Source: Octopus vulgaris
Taxonomy: Eukaryota
NCBI GenBank assembly: GCA_951406725.2
Contig: OX597814.1
Span: forward strand, 56,172,001 to 56,236,000
DNA length: 64,000 bases
Reading direction: 5' to 3'
Shown here piece by piece: positions 1 to 13,803 of this stretch. Numbering within the stretch: position 1 is the first letter of the stretch; every line of letters begins with the position of its first letter. Made by a program: the position numbers and the translations under genes. The notes under the pieces were generated by a model. The model saw nothing but the letters and a program-made list of their open reading frames with translations, had not been told where the DNA came from and ran no database searches.

Positions 1-13
1 ATACACACACACA

Positions 14-457
14 GCGCAGGAGTGGCTGTGTGGTAAGTAGCTTGCTTACCAACCACATGGTTCATGGTTCTGGGTTCAGTCCCACTGCATGGCACCTTGG
101 GCAAGTGTCTTCTACTATAGCCTCAGGCCGACCAAAACCTTGTGAGTGGATTTGGTAGACGGAAACTGAAAGAAGCCCATCGTATATATATATATATGTG
201 TGTGTATATATATATATATATATGTGTGTGTGTATGTTTGTGTGCCTGTGTTTGTCCCCTCCATCATCACTTGGGGGAACAAACACAGACACTGTGCAAT
301 GCTGGTGTGTTTATGTCCCCGTAACTTAGTCGTTCAGCAAAAAGAGACTGACAGAATAAGTACCAGGCTTACAAAGAATAGTCCTGGGGTCGATTTGCTC
401 AACTAAAGGCAGTGCTCCAACACAGCTGCAGTGAAATGACTGAAACAAGTAAAAGAG
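14..457 (+). mobile_element. tRNA-derived SINE (octopus OK/OR-like) with internal (TA)n(TG)n
   Basis: Head with A-box-like tggctgtgtggtaag and B-box-like ggttcagtccc, then ccttgggcaagtgtctt; tail gactgaaacaagtaaaag. The same family recurs many times in the window. Confidence 0.8.
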
Positions 458-540
458 TATTATATATGTGTGAGTGTCTGTGTGTGTGTGTGTGTATACA
501 TATATAAGTATATGTATATATATGTGCATGCATATGTAAA

Positions 541-572
<32 letters not shown>

Positions 573-1409
573 ATTGTTATTATTATTAGCAAAAGATCAA
601 AGAACGGACGGGGGTAAGATGGTAAATGTGATAAGTTTGATTGATGGGCTGTGTGTCTGCATTCTCCCTAGGCTGCTTATTTTGATTGATTTATTTATAT
701 ATTTATATCACAGCACCTCTTCATTGAACAATCAAAGCCACACTTGTGGAAAATTCAGTAATTAGGGAATATACTTTCATTAATTAATTTCACCTTTACT
801 CTCTCTCTAATTATTTCACCAACACATTAGTTCTCCCAAAGGTATTTGTCAACCTAATGACTGAATACAGATTTCCTTTATATAAATGAGAATCTATGCA
901 GTAGCAGTATTTAGAATAACAAAATAATTTTATTAAATATAGTAGTGTGATTATTGGCTATTCAGTCAGACATTGCTATATTGTATTTTATTTACCCTTA
1001 GCAATGCTCCTCTTACTACCTTTTCCTACCTTACTGATTATAAGTTCCACTCTTTTACATTTACATATTTACCATATAAGAAGATATCCAATTATAAATT
1101 AGTTCCTCTAACATTATTGAAAGAACCTCGTTTGCCAAATTGCTCTTGTTTATGTTACCTTGGAAAAGTGAGGTTAAAATTTCATTCAAGGCTTTATTTG
1201 ATTTAAGACTGAAATGAAATATATCTTATCTCTATTACTTTGGAAGACTGAAGTTAAAATGAAAGCTACATGGTTGTATTAGCTAGAAATTTTGAGTAAA
1301 ATATATTTTTGTATAGAAATTAAGGCTTCCAAGAGACTGCTGTTCAACATTAGCTAACTATTATATAAAGCTAGATATACTAAGCATTATATCTAAAGCA
1401 AACCTATTT

Positions 1410-1600
1410 CTTTACTGTCCCCAGGGGGCTATACACAGAAGGGACAAACAAGGACAGACAAATGGATTAAATTGATTATATCGACCCCAGTGCGTAACTG
1501 GTACTTATTTAATCAACCCCGAAAGGATGAAAGGCAAAGTTGACCTCGGCGGAATTTGAACTCAGAACGTAGCGGCTTCTGAGTTCAAATTCTGCCGAGG
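1410..1600 (-). mobile_element. SINE fragment of a second family, ending in a fold-back of its own head
   Basis: Shares gaccccgaaaggatgaaaggcaaagtcgacctcggcggaatttgaactcag with copies at ~57410-57620 and ~58750-58975. Positions 1545-1600 form an inverted repeat. Confidence 0.7.
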
Positions 1601-1628
1601 AATTTATATCTAAAGCACACCATATAGA

Positions 1629-1848
1629 CCCTTTCGCATTCAAACCAGCTATATCAGGCTCAAATATTCTACTTGTTTTATGTTTAAACTGCCTAGATCT
1701 GGCCTCTTATAGATTCTGTACAATATCATTCTACAAATAAACAATTATATCATCACAGTCTCAGAGCTACAAGATAATGCATGCTTGATACAAAACAATA
1801 TGAATAAATGAGCATTACATTTGACTGAATAATCTGATTGCTATAGGG
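1629..1848. mobile_element. piggyBac-like MITE, copy 1
   Basis: Termini CCCTTTCGCATTC...GATTGCTATAGGG followed by TTAA; body homologous to 23434-23653 and 25057-25260. Confidence 0.7.
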
Positions 1849-2890
1849 TTAAACACATCAGGATTAGTGAGTAGTAAATTAGTGTGACCCTGACAGTTTT
1901 ATTTCCTTTGGTGATTTATATGTCCAATTCTTCTGTTGGTTTAACTGAAGAAAGTTTCTCTTTACTCTATTCATAACAAAAGTAGATAAACTGCTGGAGA
2001 TCTTTTTCTTTTATCGTTATTATTAATGACGGGGGTGGGGGGTTATTATCACTAATGATGATTATTATGTCAGTTATGATTATTGAGTAGATTAATATTA
2101 TCAAAGTATCACTTTCTATATTGTCATTTTGACTGGCTTCAGGTGTAAAGATTTAAGAGGTGTTATCTTCATACTGAGCCTGCATCAGCTTATCTGTTGA
2201 CTACTGAAACTTTGGCAGACAAGCACTTTGGGAACATTTGGAAATAATCTGAGAATCAGACAAAACTGATACATTTAACATGCCACAGGAAATAAATGCA
2301 GTTTTAAATAAGCCAGTTATTTTTTCTTCAATATTTTCACTTCTGAAACAAATGAAGAACTCTATATGCAAATATTAAAATGTTGTCTGTATTACTTTTG
2401 ATATTTTATTTTGAATTAATAGTTTTTAAAAATGTATTGCATTTCAATGTTATCAACATTACATTTGGAAAACTGAATCTTTTCATTTGTTTTAAATCTT
2501 ATTGCTTCCATATGCTTATCATGTGCAAAGGAGAAGTCAAAATCTACTGCTTCATTCACATTATCTGCTGTCACTTTGTTCCTGCAAATATTAAATTTTA
2601 AATTTAAATCAACTCAGATTGTTATCTAGTATTTTTACCAACTCCATATATAGAAAAAAGAATAACAGAATTATTAATATACGCAAATGTAATACTTCAT
2701 GCAGTAGTTATTTGTTTATTTGTAATATTTTTATGAGTTCTCTTGTCACGTTATTCTGTTCCAGGGCCATATAGAATAAAATATTATTCTCCATTATAAT
2801 TACTTTAAAAATCAATTGAATTTTATTGCTTTGCAAAAATTTAAAAAAATTCAGGAAGAAATTTATTTTCAATACTCTTCAATTTTCCAG

Positions 2891-3014
2891 GAATGGTGCT
2901 GAAATCAATGGCAAATGAACCTGTGATTTATGCTGACATTGCTCCCAGAGGAACACAACTGAAACTCTTGCTAGTGTTAAAGGGAGGTCAAAAGGTTCTG
3001 TTTAAACCAAAATG
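2891..3014 (+). CDS. FAM20B: Internal coding exon of a FAM20B-like glycosaminoglycan xylosylkinase (Fam20 kinase family)
   Basis: Acceptor ttttccAG ends at 2890 and donor GTATGT starts at 3015. The exon reads (G)MVLKSMANEPVIYADIAPRGTQLKLLLVLKGGQKVLFKPK(W), matching the FAM20B N-lobe motif [21 protein letters not shown] better than FAM20C. No neighbouring exons were recognised in the window. Confidence 0.88.
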
Positions 3015-3569
3015 GTATGTAGGAATTTTATGAAACATATATATTCACTGTTTATTAATCGTAAATTATGAAGCCTTTCAGATCTACTGAGTGAAATCTT
3101 TATATTTGAATTATTTATTTGTTTTGGACAGTCTTCCATTGCATATAAAGATATATATTTATAGTTATACCATCACAGATAAAGAAAAAAAACCTGTTTT
3201 CTTCACAGAACAACATGTATAAAGAGATAAAAAAAAAGGTCAAATTATATTTGTTTTGCCACTCTGTTTTAAGACTTTCTTAATATGTTTTGCATGTCAG
3301 ATTTTATTTCATGTTCTGTTGACTTTGCTTGCAACAACTGCAGCTTTATTATTATAAAGCTGCAGACAATTTATTTGACATAGAGGAAACATTAATGTCA
3401 GTTACATAGCTTCATAGAACTTGTAATGACAGTTACTAATGAGAGTGAGCTTAAAATTACTGGATGTGAAAGAAATGGACATTAATGTTGTCCACTTTCG
3501 TTCATATTTCTATTATTGGAATCATGTTAAATCTGTAGAGCTATTTGGTGGCCAATTTACTTTAGTAAC

Positions 3570-4225
3570 TCTTTACAATATCAGCAACATTTTGACTGAA
3601 TATATGGCCATCAATGAAGGTGAAAAATACCTGCCAATTTGTTCCAACAATTGCACACAAATCAAGGTCAATGATTTTAAGTGCTTTGGGTCCTATGTTA
3701 CTGACAGAAAGAAGGACTTCTTTACATGTGAGGGACTAGCCTGGAGAACCTGAAATTAACTTCAGAAGATCTGGCAATCAAGTATTTCTAAGTCAACAAA
3801 GTTTGCCTTCTTCAGGGCATGTGTAGACAGCACACTTTTCTATGGTACTGAAATACAGATTATGAAGAAATGATTTCAAATTGCCTTGACGCCACATACA
3901 CCAAGTTTCTCATGAGGGCTCAAAACATCTCATGGCATGTGCACAAGTCAAAGAGGAGATTTATGGGCATATTCTATGATATTGTTACTATTATTGCTCA
4001 ATGCAGAGTAGGCTTTCCTGGCCATTGCTATCATGCTGAATGACAGGCTGTATCAAATGTTATATTTTGGACACTTCCACACCATGAATGGGAACGAAGA
4101 CAAATCAGCTGTATTCATGTTGTTGTCAGTGACACATGACCTACAATTGAGGATCTAGGTAAGCAAATGACGGGTAGAGATTCCTGGTAAAATGCATCTT
4201 AGTTGCAGCCACTTGAAGAAGAGGA
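3570..4225 (+). pseudogene. Decayed RTE/RTE-X LINE RT C-terminal fragment
   Basis: Translates with stops as VNDFKCFGSYV...LAW...KIWQSSISKSTKFAFFRACVDSTLFYGTE, resembling the LINE RT domain 7 and LLYGxETW region; ends in a gaagaagag-type tail. Confidence 0.65.
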
Positions 4226-4945
4226 ATGATTAAACATTTGTAGAAGGCTATCAAATGTGTGTGTGTGTGTGTGTGTGTGTATGCGTTTCACTGCTTGACA
4301 ACTGGTGTTAGTTTGTTTATGTCTCTGCAATGTAGTATTTCACCAAAAAGAAATCAATATATAAGTACCAGATAAATCATAATTAGAGACGTCAATTTGA
4401 TTTACTGATTTCTTCAAGGTAGTGTTCCAGTATGACTGCAGTCTAAAGATTAAAATCAATAAAAGAATAATATCATTGTTTCTTATTCAGATAGCTCATA
4501 CAGTGTTAATAGCATCTACTTGTTAATCACTTGTATGAATTGTGCTTATTTTCAGCTTGGTTTTAATTAAGTGAATAATATGCAAATATAGGTTATAATT
4601 GCACATTGTATAAGGTAGGAAACTGTTTGGAGTAGATGTATGTTGGTGCACTAAAATATATATTCACCATAATACTATCTTGTGTTGGTAGAAATGCTTA
4701 GTTGCTATGAAAACATTCAGTGATTTTCAGACCTAAAGATCAAAGTAAGATTAAGGAGTGGAGATTTGTGTCAAGGTTTAGTGTCATCTATGAGGTTTGA
4801 TCTCTCTTTTGATCTTGCAAACTATTTTCCAGCGTTAGAAACATGAAGCTGTTTGTCATACTGTGTATCTTTTACTTTTTAGCGTTTATTTTTCATATTG
4901 GATAGAGGTTTGCTTATTCTAAAGTGTTGGATCCCCTCATTCATG

Positions 4946-5318
4946 TACATTATTTACATTTGACAGATATTTGTCCTCATCTTGTTTGTTGTTAACACAA
5001 CGTTTTGGCTGATATACTCTTATTATTGTTGTTGTTTTTGCTGTTGTTGTTATTCAGGTCACTGCTTGGAATCAAACTCGGAATCTTGGGGTTAGTAGCC
5101 CGCATTCTTAACCACTACATTATATGATAATAATAATAACATTGAAAAATACCTTAGGAATGAGAACCCAGTTTTAAAATTTCCTCAAGACACTTGATGA
5201 AGGCTAGAGGGTATATCAGCCGAAACATGTTAACAACAAACAAGATGGGGATAAATATCTGTCAAATGTAAATAATGTAAATAATATACATAATTCCTCA
5301 TCTCTTAAATACAGAACT
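4946..5318. mobile_element. Fold-back non-autonomous retroelement: tRNA-like head, (AAT/AAC)n linker, degenerate hammerhead; 11-bp TSD
   Basis: Inverted arms 4946-5020 and ~5208-5279. tRNA-like head on the minus strand at 5055-5118. Hammerhead-like core tTGATGA-a-ggct...agcc-GAAA at 5194-5225. Flanks cctcattcatg (4935-4945) and cctcattaatg (5319-5329). Confidence 0.7.
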
Positions 5319-7231
5319 CCTCATTAATGCTAACCACTGAACTGTGAATTATATCTAAAAGCTGTTGGGACAATGATGAAAATTCATTGCACTTGTTCAG
5401 TTTGTTAGAAATAGCAGCCAGATATTTCTCAAATCACACCTTGCAGGAAAATATAGCACTTGTTATACAAAAAGATGAGATGGCGATTGCTAGAACTCTT
5501 TTGATCATAAGTCTGTTTGATCAGAGAATGCCTAGGGCTAAACAACAATACCAGTGGCATGAAAATTGCTGTTAGCCAGCTGAACAGAAATTAGGAGAGT
5601 AGCAAATTTTTTTTCAATTTTACTGTGCAGGTGGTCAGTAATCAAACACTTATTTAGTTTCAATGAGTTCAATTCCAGCTATTCAAGAGAAACCACAGTC
5701 AGAATACATTTAGTCTATGTTAGGCTGTGTTGCTATAAAAATTGTGGTTAATATTAGAAGAGAAGAAATAGAGTTTTTTATTTATTTCCAAAGCCAACTG
5801 CTCTATTGTTATGAGTGTCAAATTCTTCAACAAATACATGGGTATCTGTTGCCATGAAGCAAATGATGTTTGTTTTGAACTGAAATAACATTGGCAGTTT
5901 ATTGATCTCCTATTAAAATTTGTTAAATACTTGTAAGTTGTGTTGTTTATAGTGATTATCTTTATGACAAGGATAATGATGGCATTCATTTGTGATAGTG
6001 ATGCTGGTAGTTGTTAGGGTGGTTGTTTGTGGTTGTTATGGAAGTAATTATGGCTGTGATTAGTGTGGTGATGATGATGATGATGGTTGTTAGTGATCCA
6101 GCAGATGTATGATCAAAAGCTGTTCCAACCCTATCCATATCATCTTTGTATTTCTTTTTATGACATGGAATTATTTTATGTATCCTTCCAATTTAAAGCT
6201 AGTTGGGTATAATTTGAGAGATTTGGTTGCTCTGTCTAGCAGGGCAAGTAACCACATAGAGGTTTCCTCATTGGCCATTCGTCAACAAAGTGGATAGGAA
6301 TGGTGATAGTGATCACTGCTATCATCATCATCATCATCATCATCATAATCATTGAGGAGGTGATTACAAATCTAATATAGAAGAAAACTGTATTAGCTTG
6401 AGAAATGTGTGCTAATATTGCCATCTTTGTAAAGAATGGAAAAATACAACTCTATATTTGATATACCTAAAAACTTATGTCATCAATATTTTTTTCTTTT
6501 TCTCTCCTCAACCATTTTTTTTTTTCTTTTCATGTTCCTTTTCTCACTCTGTCTCTTTCTTTGTCACCTTTTTTGTTCTCTCTTCACCATTTTCCTTTTG
6601 CCTCTTAACACCTTTCACCTTTATCATTCAGATGGAAGACAACTTGCTCACGAATAAATACTTCCTTCATTCAATATTTAATATCATTATCATTGTGTAA
6701 ACTTCATCCTCACATATTATTGGTATTACTGTCTTTTGAAATTCTTAGTCTTAATACTCAATTTCTATGTTGGCACAAATATGAATGGTATTAATTTTTT
6801 TTTTTTTATATTTGTCCCGTTATTCAATAAAATGCTTCTGTAACACTACAATTATCAATAAGAACATATAACAACAACACCAGAATTAATAATTCATTTA
6901 ATATGAAAATTTACATTCCATTAGCAATCCCTGTTCCACCTGCCAAAATTTCATATTTATCACAAAGGTAGCAATTAAATGGAAAAATGTGTTGAGATTC
7001 AGTATAGAGAAAAAAAATTCCAATTTCAAATCAAGATGAGTCATGTGTGTGATTAGATAGACAGGTAGGCAGGCAGATAGACAGACAGATGGACAGATGT
7101 TGTAACCCCAGAAAATATATACTATCACATACACAAATGCTCACAGTGAAAAATTCCACTTCATACTTCATAAATATATATAGTAATACGCACACAAACA
7201 CTTGCATACACTTTCACATGTAATTATCAAT

Positions 7232-7261
7232 GTCTATCTGTCTGTCTGTCTATCTATCTAC

Positions 7262-7355
<94 letters not shown>

Positions 7356-7392
7356 GTCTGTCTGTCTGTCTGTCTTTCTGTCTATCTGTCTG
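7232..7392 (+). repeat. (TCTA)n/(TCTG)n microsatellite
   Basis: Seen directly. Confidence 0.95.
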
Positions 7393-7811
7393 TAGCATGT
7401 ACATTGTAAGCTAATGTGCAAAGATTGGGAAAGACATGAAATGAGTCTTGAGACTTTTTCAGAAGAGATATATCTTAATTTCATGGAAGGACAAAATTCT
7501 TATCTCTTTACACCAGCTCTCTTTTTAAACCAATATCCAACATCAGTATTGAAAGGATGTGGTATTTTTGTGCTAAGAAGTGTCCTTTAAAATAATTTAT
7601 AAATGTAATTTTAAAGCAGTGTTTCAATGACTTAATGCCTCAGTTTGAATATTTTCTTTATTTATTACTATATCCTGTTTCATGTCTGTAGTAATGAATT
7701 AAAAGAAACATTTGAAAAACTTCCAAGGAAATCAATATGACATCTCTGCTGAGTAAAAAGAGTAAATTGCTGGACCTTCATTACCTATCTACAAATTCTA
7801 TATAGGATCAA

Positions 7812-8080
7812 ATCATGTGATCATGTGACTGATCAGACTATCAGATATTGTTACACATCACTGGTCACAATGTACTTTTGCATTGTTTTAGCCTTCAAAT
7901 GACACCAAATTGCTGGCTAGGCAAGCAGGTCAACAATCCCCACTGATTGAAGGGGGGCTGTAGCAACGTGAAATGAAATGCTTTGCTCAAAAAAAACACA
8001 TGCTGCCCAGTCAGGGAATCGAACCCATGAACTAGTGATCATGAGTGCAGCAGTCTAACCACTAGGCTACATGCCTTCAC
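7812..8080 (-). mobile_element. tRNA-derived SINE, third family; relatives at ~10800-11065 and ~59230-59430
   Basis: Minus-strand head gtgaaggcatgtagcctagtggttagactg...ggttcgattccc followed by a CORE-like tgagcaaagcatttcatttcacgttgct. The body ctggtcacaatg...ggctagg is shared among copies. Confidence 0.65.
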
Positions 8081-9094
8081 ATAATATCAAATACCAGGTT
8101 AAAAATACTTTTATTTATTTGAAATTTGCAAGTTTTATGGATTTTTCAGGTGAAAGGGCCAGTGCTCAAAACCTTTTCTAACCCTTACTAGACTACTGAG
8201 TGAGACTTATGCAGTTGGTTTTCAGTTTTAATATCAGCAGGTTGATATCAGAAGAAAATTCCAGAGGGAGTGTTTCTGAAGGGGAAGAATGAGAATAAGT
8301 ATTTAGTGTAGGGACCAAGGAGGTGAAATATTGTAGAAGTGACAAATTGTAAAAACAAAAGAGTATTTATGGAAGCTAGATATATGAATTATATTATAAT
8401 AGTAAATTTTATAGAACAATTCTGGCTGCATATATAACAAGTGTAGTAGACTATGTGGGAAAAATTGTTATGTAAAAGTTACGTTTTGTCATACTGATGT
8501 CAGAAGTTTTCTAAAACTGTCATGATAAGGAGGAAGGGAAAATATTTTCTTTACTCACTTTTGTGAAATATCAAACACATCTTCAAAATTAAATACCAAC
8601 TTTATAAAATGTCAAAAATCATTGGAATTCACACTGAAATCATCGTTAGTGTCATATTGTAAAGGAAACGTCTCTTCTTGTTTCTTAACAATTTTTGATC
8701 TGGTGCTGGTAATTGCAATGTTTGCTAACACTCTTTACTGTATTGCACTTTGGTTGGTATTTTATGTTTCTTTTTTGAAGAAAATGACTTTTTTGATAAG
8801 AGATTAATATATTTTGTAGACAAGTTTATTTGCTCCTACAGGCCAGATTCAGTGAGTGGTTTTCTGAAGTTTCTTTGGTGTAAAATAAGGAAAATGCCAA
8901 TAAATGCATGTTGCCTGAAATATTGTAATACATTATACAGTTTTATGAATTACTACTAATCATAATTATATATATATACATATATATATATCATACTATA
9001 TACAACTATGTATATTATTATATAACAATATTTATTTTGTTATATGTATTTGTGCACACACAATACACGTGTGTTTTGTGTGTGTTGGTATATA

Positions 9095-9460
9095 TTCTTT
9101 TATTCTTTCATTTGTTTCCGTCATTTGACTGCGTCCATACTGGAGCACCGCCTTTTAGTAGAACAAATCAATTCCACGACTTATTCTTTGTAAGCCTAGT
9201 ACTTATTCTATCAGTCTCTTTTGCCAAACCTCTAAGTTACAGGGATGTAAACACACCAAGCAGGGGTGGGGGACAAACACAAACACACACACACACATAT
9301 GAGGGGCTTCTTTCAGTTTCTGTCTACCAAATGTACTCACAAGGCTTTGGTCGGCCCTAGGCTATAGTAGAAGACACTTGCCCAAGTTGCCACGCAGTCA
9401 GGCTGAACCCGAAACGATGTGGTTGGTAAGCAAGCTACTTGCCACACAGCCACCACTCCT
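9095..9460 (-). mobile_element. tRNA-derived SINE, same family as 14-457
   Basis: Reverse-complement match to 14-457 along its length. Confidence 0.8.
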
Positions 9461-9499
9461 GTGTCTATCTATATATCTATATCTATCTATCTATCTATC

Positions 9500-9548
<49 letters not shown>

Positions 9549-11099
9549 CGAGAGAGGGAGAGAGAGAGAGAGAGAGAGAGATAGAGAGAGAGAAAGATGT
9601 GTATGGAGTGGGAGACTGCTTGATAGTGCAAAATTGTCCTGAATAGAGAAGATGGGAATGATGGAAAGTAAGAACTGTAACAGGTGATACAGGTGATGAG
9701 GCTCTGCTGGATTCTAAACCCATCCAACTCATACAAATGGTAAATAAACTTAAAATGATAGTTTCTTCAAGACCTCTTCTTGTTAGAGTTAATCATCTGT
9801 CTGCATTTTATTAGTATTTTTCCCAAAATGCATGCCTGGACAAAAATGTTTTTGTTATGGAAGATCAGCAGTTGTCCATTGGACAAATTTTTTTCTTCTT
9901 CATGTCACTAATGTTGTCCAAGGGAAAGGAAAAGACAGTTACAGCTAGGTACCAGTGTTGCCACACACTTACTCAGAACATAAAGATCTTGTACAAATGC
10001 CATAGAACATTTTATCCAACACTCTAATAGCTGTGACAGTCCACCTCTCCAGACTGGTACTTTATTTAATCAAACTCAAAAAGATAAAAGATCCCAGCAG
10101 TATTTGAATCCAGGTTGGAATGAACATGGACACTCTCTCTCTCTCTCTCTCATACACACACACACAATATTTTCTATTGCCTTTCCTGGATGGAATTATA
10201 TTTTTAGTTAATGAAGCAAAGGTTTTAATAATCAATGATTTGGAGACAACAAACAAGATTGTTCAGAAAACAAAATTCATTATTTTCTTAAATGCACAAT
10301 TCTTTGATTGAACTACACCATACAAATATAAAACAATGATAAATCTTACTATTTTACTCATGTAGACTATTGTTAATTTTACTCTCCTTGAAGGAAGCTT
10401 TTTTGCTTTTATTCAATAAAGAACATATATTCATCTGTAATTATCATTAATGAATAATATCACAAGAGATGCCACATGCCTCACATCATAGCCATACAGA
10501 TGTGTTATTCTACCACAGCTGATCTCTCTGGTTGGAATTAGGTTTGTTATTTTGAAGGCAATTATAAAACTTTTATTTGAATTTGCAGGTGTAGCTGTGT
10601 AGTAAGCAGTTCACTTCCCAACCACATGGTTTCAGGTTCAGTCTCACTGTGTATCATCTTGGGCAAATGTTTTCTACTATAGTACCATACCAGCCTAAAC
10701 CTTGTGAGTGAATTTGGTCAGCAGAAACTGAAAGAAGCCCATTGTATATGTATAAATGTGTGTGTGTGTGTATATATATATACCTATATTTATATAATGT
10801 AATTGGCTAGACTATTTGGATGTTATACATCACTGGTCACAGTGCACTTTGCATCATTATAGCTTTTGAATGAGGCCACCCCACTGGCTAGGTAAGTAGG
10901 TTAACATTTTGATTGAAAGGCTGTTCCATTGCAGAGTTACCCATTTATATCTGGGTGAACTGGAGCAACATAAAATAAAGTGTTTTGCTCAAGAGCCTGG
11001 GAATTGAACTCACTACCTAGGAATTATGAGTGCAACACTCTAACTACTTGGCCACGTCCCTTCACAAACATACATATTCGTATTGGAGTAGATGTGTGT

Positions 11100-11352
11100 T
11101 ACCATCTCCTTGCTTTGAAGTTGCATGACAGTTGTAAGCAAGTGTCACCATCATGCAAGAGTCTCCTTTGTTTCCAGACTTCTGCAAAACATGTCTGATC
11201 ATGGGAAAATATTACCTTATTTGGAAACAGGTCACAGTTGGCAATAAGAAGGACATCTAGCCTTAGAAAATCGGTCTCAACAAATTCCATCTGACCTATG
11301 TAAGCATGGAAGAGTGGATATTAAAATGATGATGCTACTGATGATGATGATG
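11100..11352 (+). mobile_element. SINE with RTE-type 3' end and (GAT)n tail
   Basis: Ends aagaaggacatctagcc...gcatggaagagtggatattaaaatgatgatg, homologous to the RTE tail at 29100-29245. Confidence 0.6.
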
Positions 11353-11892
11353 AAACTCATCTAATCAGTGAAATTGTAACTGTGAAATGATAGATTTAAT
11401 TCATATGGTGATATCTTTATAGAATCCACTCTCTCTTGATGAAATAATTCCTCTTCAAATTATTAGAAACATGAGAACCAGTGATAGAAGAGACAATATT
11501 GAAAATTAAGACAAGACTAATACAACAGATGTAAATCAAATGCTGTAAAGCAGAGGTTAGGAAACAAAAGAAAGTGTAGAATTGGACAGTTGATTGTTAC
11601 AAGTACTTGAATATAAAATTAGATGTATGAAAGAACATATTGATATATTCAGATTTTGAACTTGTGAAGTTTATGTTGATGTATTTTTGTACTGGTTTCA
11701 GTCATTTTAACTGTGACCATGCTGGGTCACCATCTACAAAGGTTTAGGTGAGTGGTCATGTTGACTGCAGTACATATTTTCTTCTGGTATTTATTTTATA
11801 GATCTTTTTCATTATATTTTTAAACCTTAAGTCATAAACAACACTTTTTTTTTAGACTGGTTGAAACATAATCTCAAATGCAGATACACACA

Positions 11893-11938
<46 letters not shown>

Positions 11939-13803
11939 TGTTATATGTGTGTGTGTATTTATGTATACGTATACACACACACACACACACACATATATAA
12001 CAGGTTTCTGCAGTTTCTACCTACTAAATTCCACTCACAAGTCACTGGTTAATGTAAGTCTGTATTAGAAAGCACCTGCTGAAGGTGCTGTATAGGTAGA
12101 AATAAAATTGAATTGAATTTGAAGCTTTAAAGTTGAAGTAGTTTGTTGTTTAGCATCAGTTCAGTCCTGACCAAACTGACCTATAGTCAACGACATTCCA
12201 GCCATGACTATCTTGGAAAGTCAGTTGCTGTTTCTTGTAGAGTGAGTGAGGCTTTCTCATTTGATCATAAAAATTAATGCTGTTGTGATTGCTTGGCTTT
12301 ATTCATTGAGCTGTGAAATTATAAAACAAGTATATTCTATTAAAATATTTATAATGTTTATGATAGTTCAGTTAAATCATTTGTGTCGAAATTATTTTTT
12401 TAAATTGCAGTGGTTGGAAATTATATCTTCTGCAATGACGGTTTACTAGGAATTTTAACTATGGCTATTGAAAGGAAACTACTTGTGCAAACAAGAACGA
12501 ATATTTTACTGCAAAATTATGTAATATTCAGCTTCACTTTTACAAGATGCATAGCATAATTGCATCCCTTATCTCAGTGCAACTGCCTCGTTGCCTGGCC
12601 ATTAAAGGTTTTATTAAATCATGTTGCATGTTTTTATAGTATTATTTTGAGATTGGTTCACTGGATACCAGTTTATTATTGAAAATTTCACTGTAAGGTT
12701 TTACTGTGCAGAAGAAGATCAATAATTGTCTTCTTGATGTGTGTGATTCAGGTTAAAATAGTCATTAAGTGTTTTATGTTCATTCCTTTATAATGTAAAT
12801 TATGCCTGAGATGGTGATACTTCAAACTGATTGGGGACATGTCATAATAACATGTTCTGTCTCTGTTTGATATTTGTATGTTGTTGAACAGCTGTTATTG
12901 ATAAGATCTGTACAACAGTATAGTGAAATGTGTCTGTTTATAATTACACATGCAAATACATATGTGAAAAGATGCGTGGCCTTCATGAATTCATACTCCT
13001 TATTGACAATGACAAGAAATGGAATGTAGTTCAATTTTGTATTGAATTGAAACAAGTTTTAAATCTCATCTGTTGCAATTTAGTTGATGAATAAAATGAA
13101 GGATGTTAATCTATATTAAATGTAACTACTTTTTCTGATAATAATCAATTAGTATTTGCGGATTTCATTTTCTTTATCTTAGGCAAATACTATTTAAATA
13201 CTCAGCATTTGAAAATAAATTGATTCAAAATTTAAAATTAATGGATTTTTCTGAAGATCTATCAAGGTCAGGCCATGTCTAAATGTAATAACCTACTTCT
13301 CACTGATTTTGTCAATGAGATTCTTCTCTAGGATCTTCTTCAAATATTTCCACTTCAAATCCCAAAGTGGATATAGATCTTAACCTTAATGCAAACAGTT
13401 GCTTTTGCCTTGCATTTTATAAAATTATTCCAATCTGTATTCTTTTAATTCATTTGTTTTTATTCATCTTTTTTCTTCATATTGCTAAACGAGGATGAAT
13501 CCTTGTTTGTGTGTGTGTGCGCGTGAGCATGTGTGGTTTGTGTGTGTGTGTATTACATATTTAAATAATGTATATTTGAGTGAATCCATGGCTTATAGAG
13601 ATTACTTACATTGATATTGACTGTTTTTCTTCATAGATAATCTTATTAAGCTTAGATAACACTTTTAGATGTTGGTATCTAGTTTTTTGGCGCATATATA
13701 TATATATTTATAATATATTATATATATATATAATTATATATAAATATATATTATATAATTATATATATATATTGTGTATAAATCTATATATAATATATCA
13801 ATA

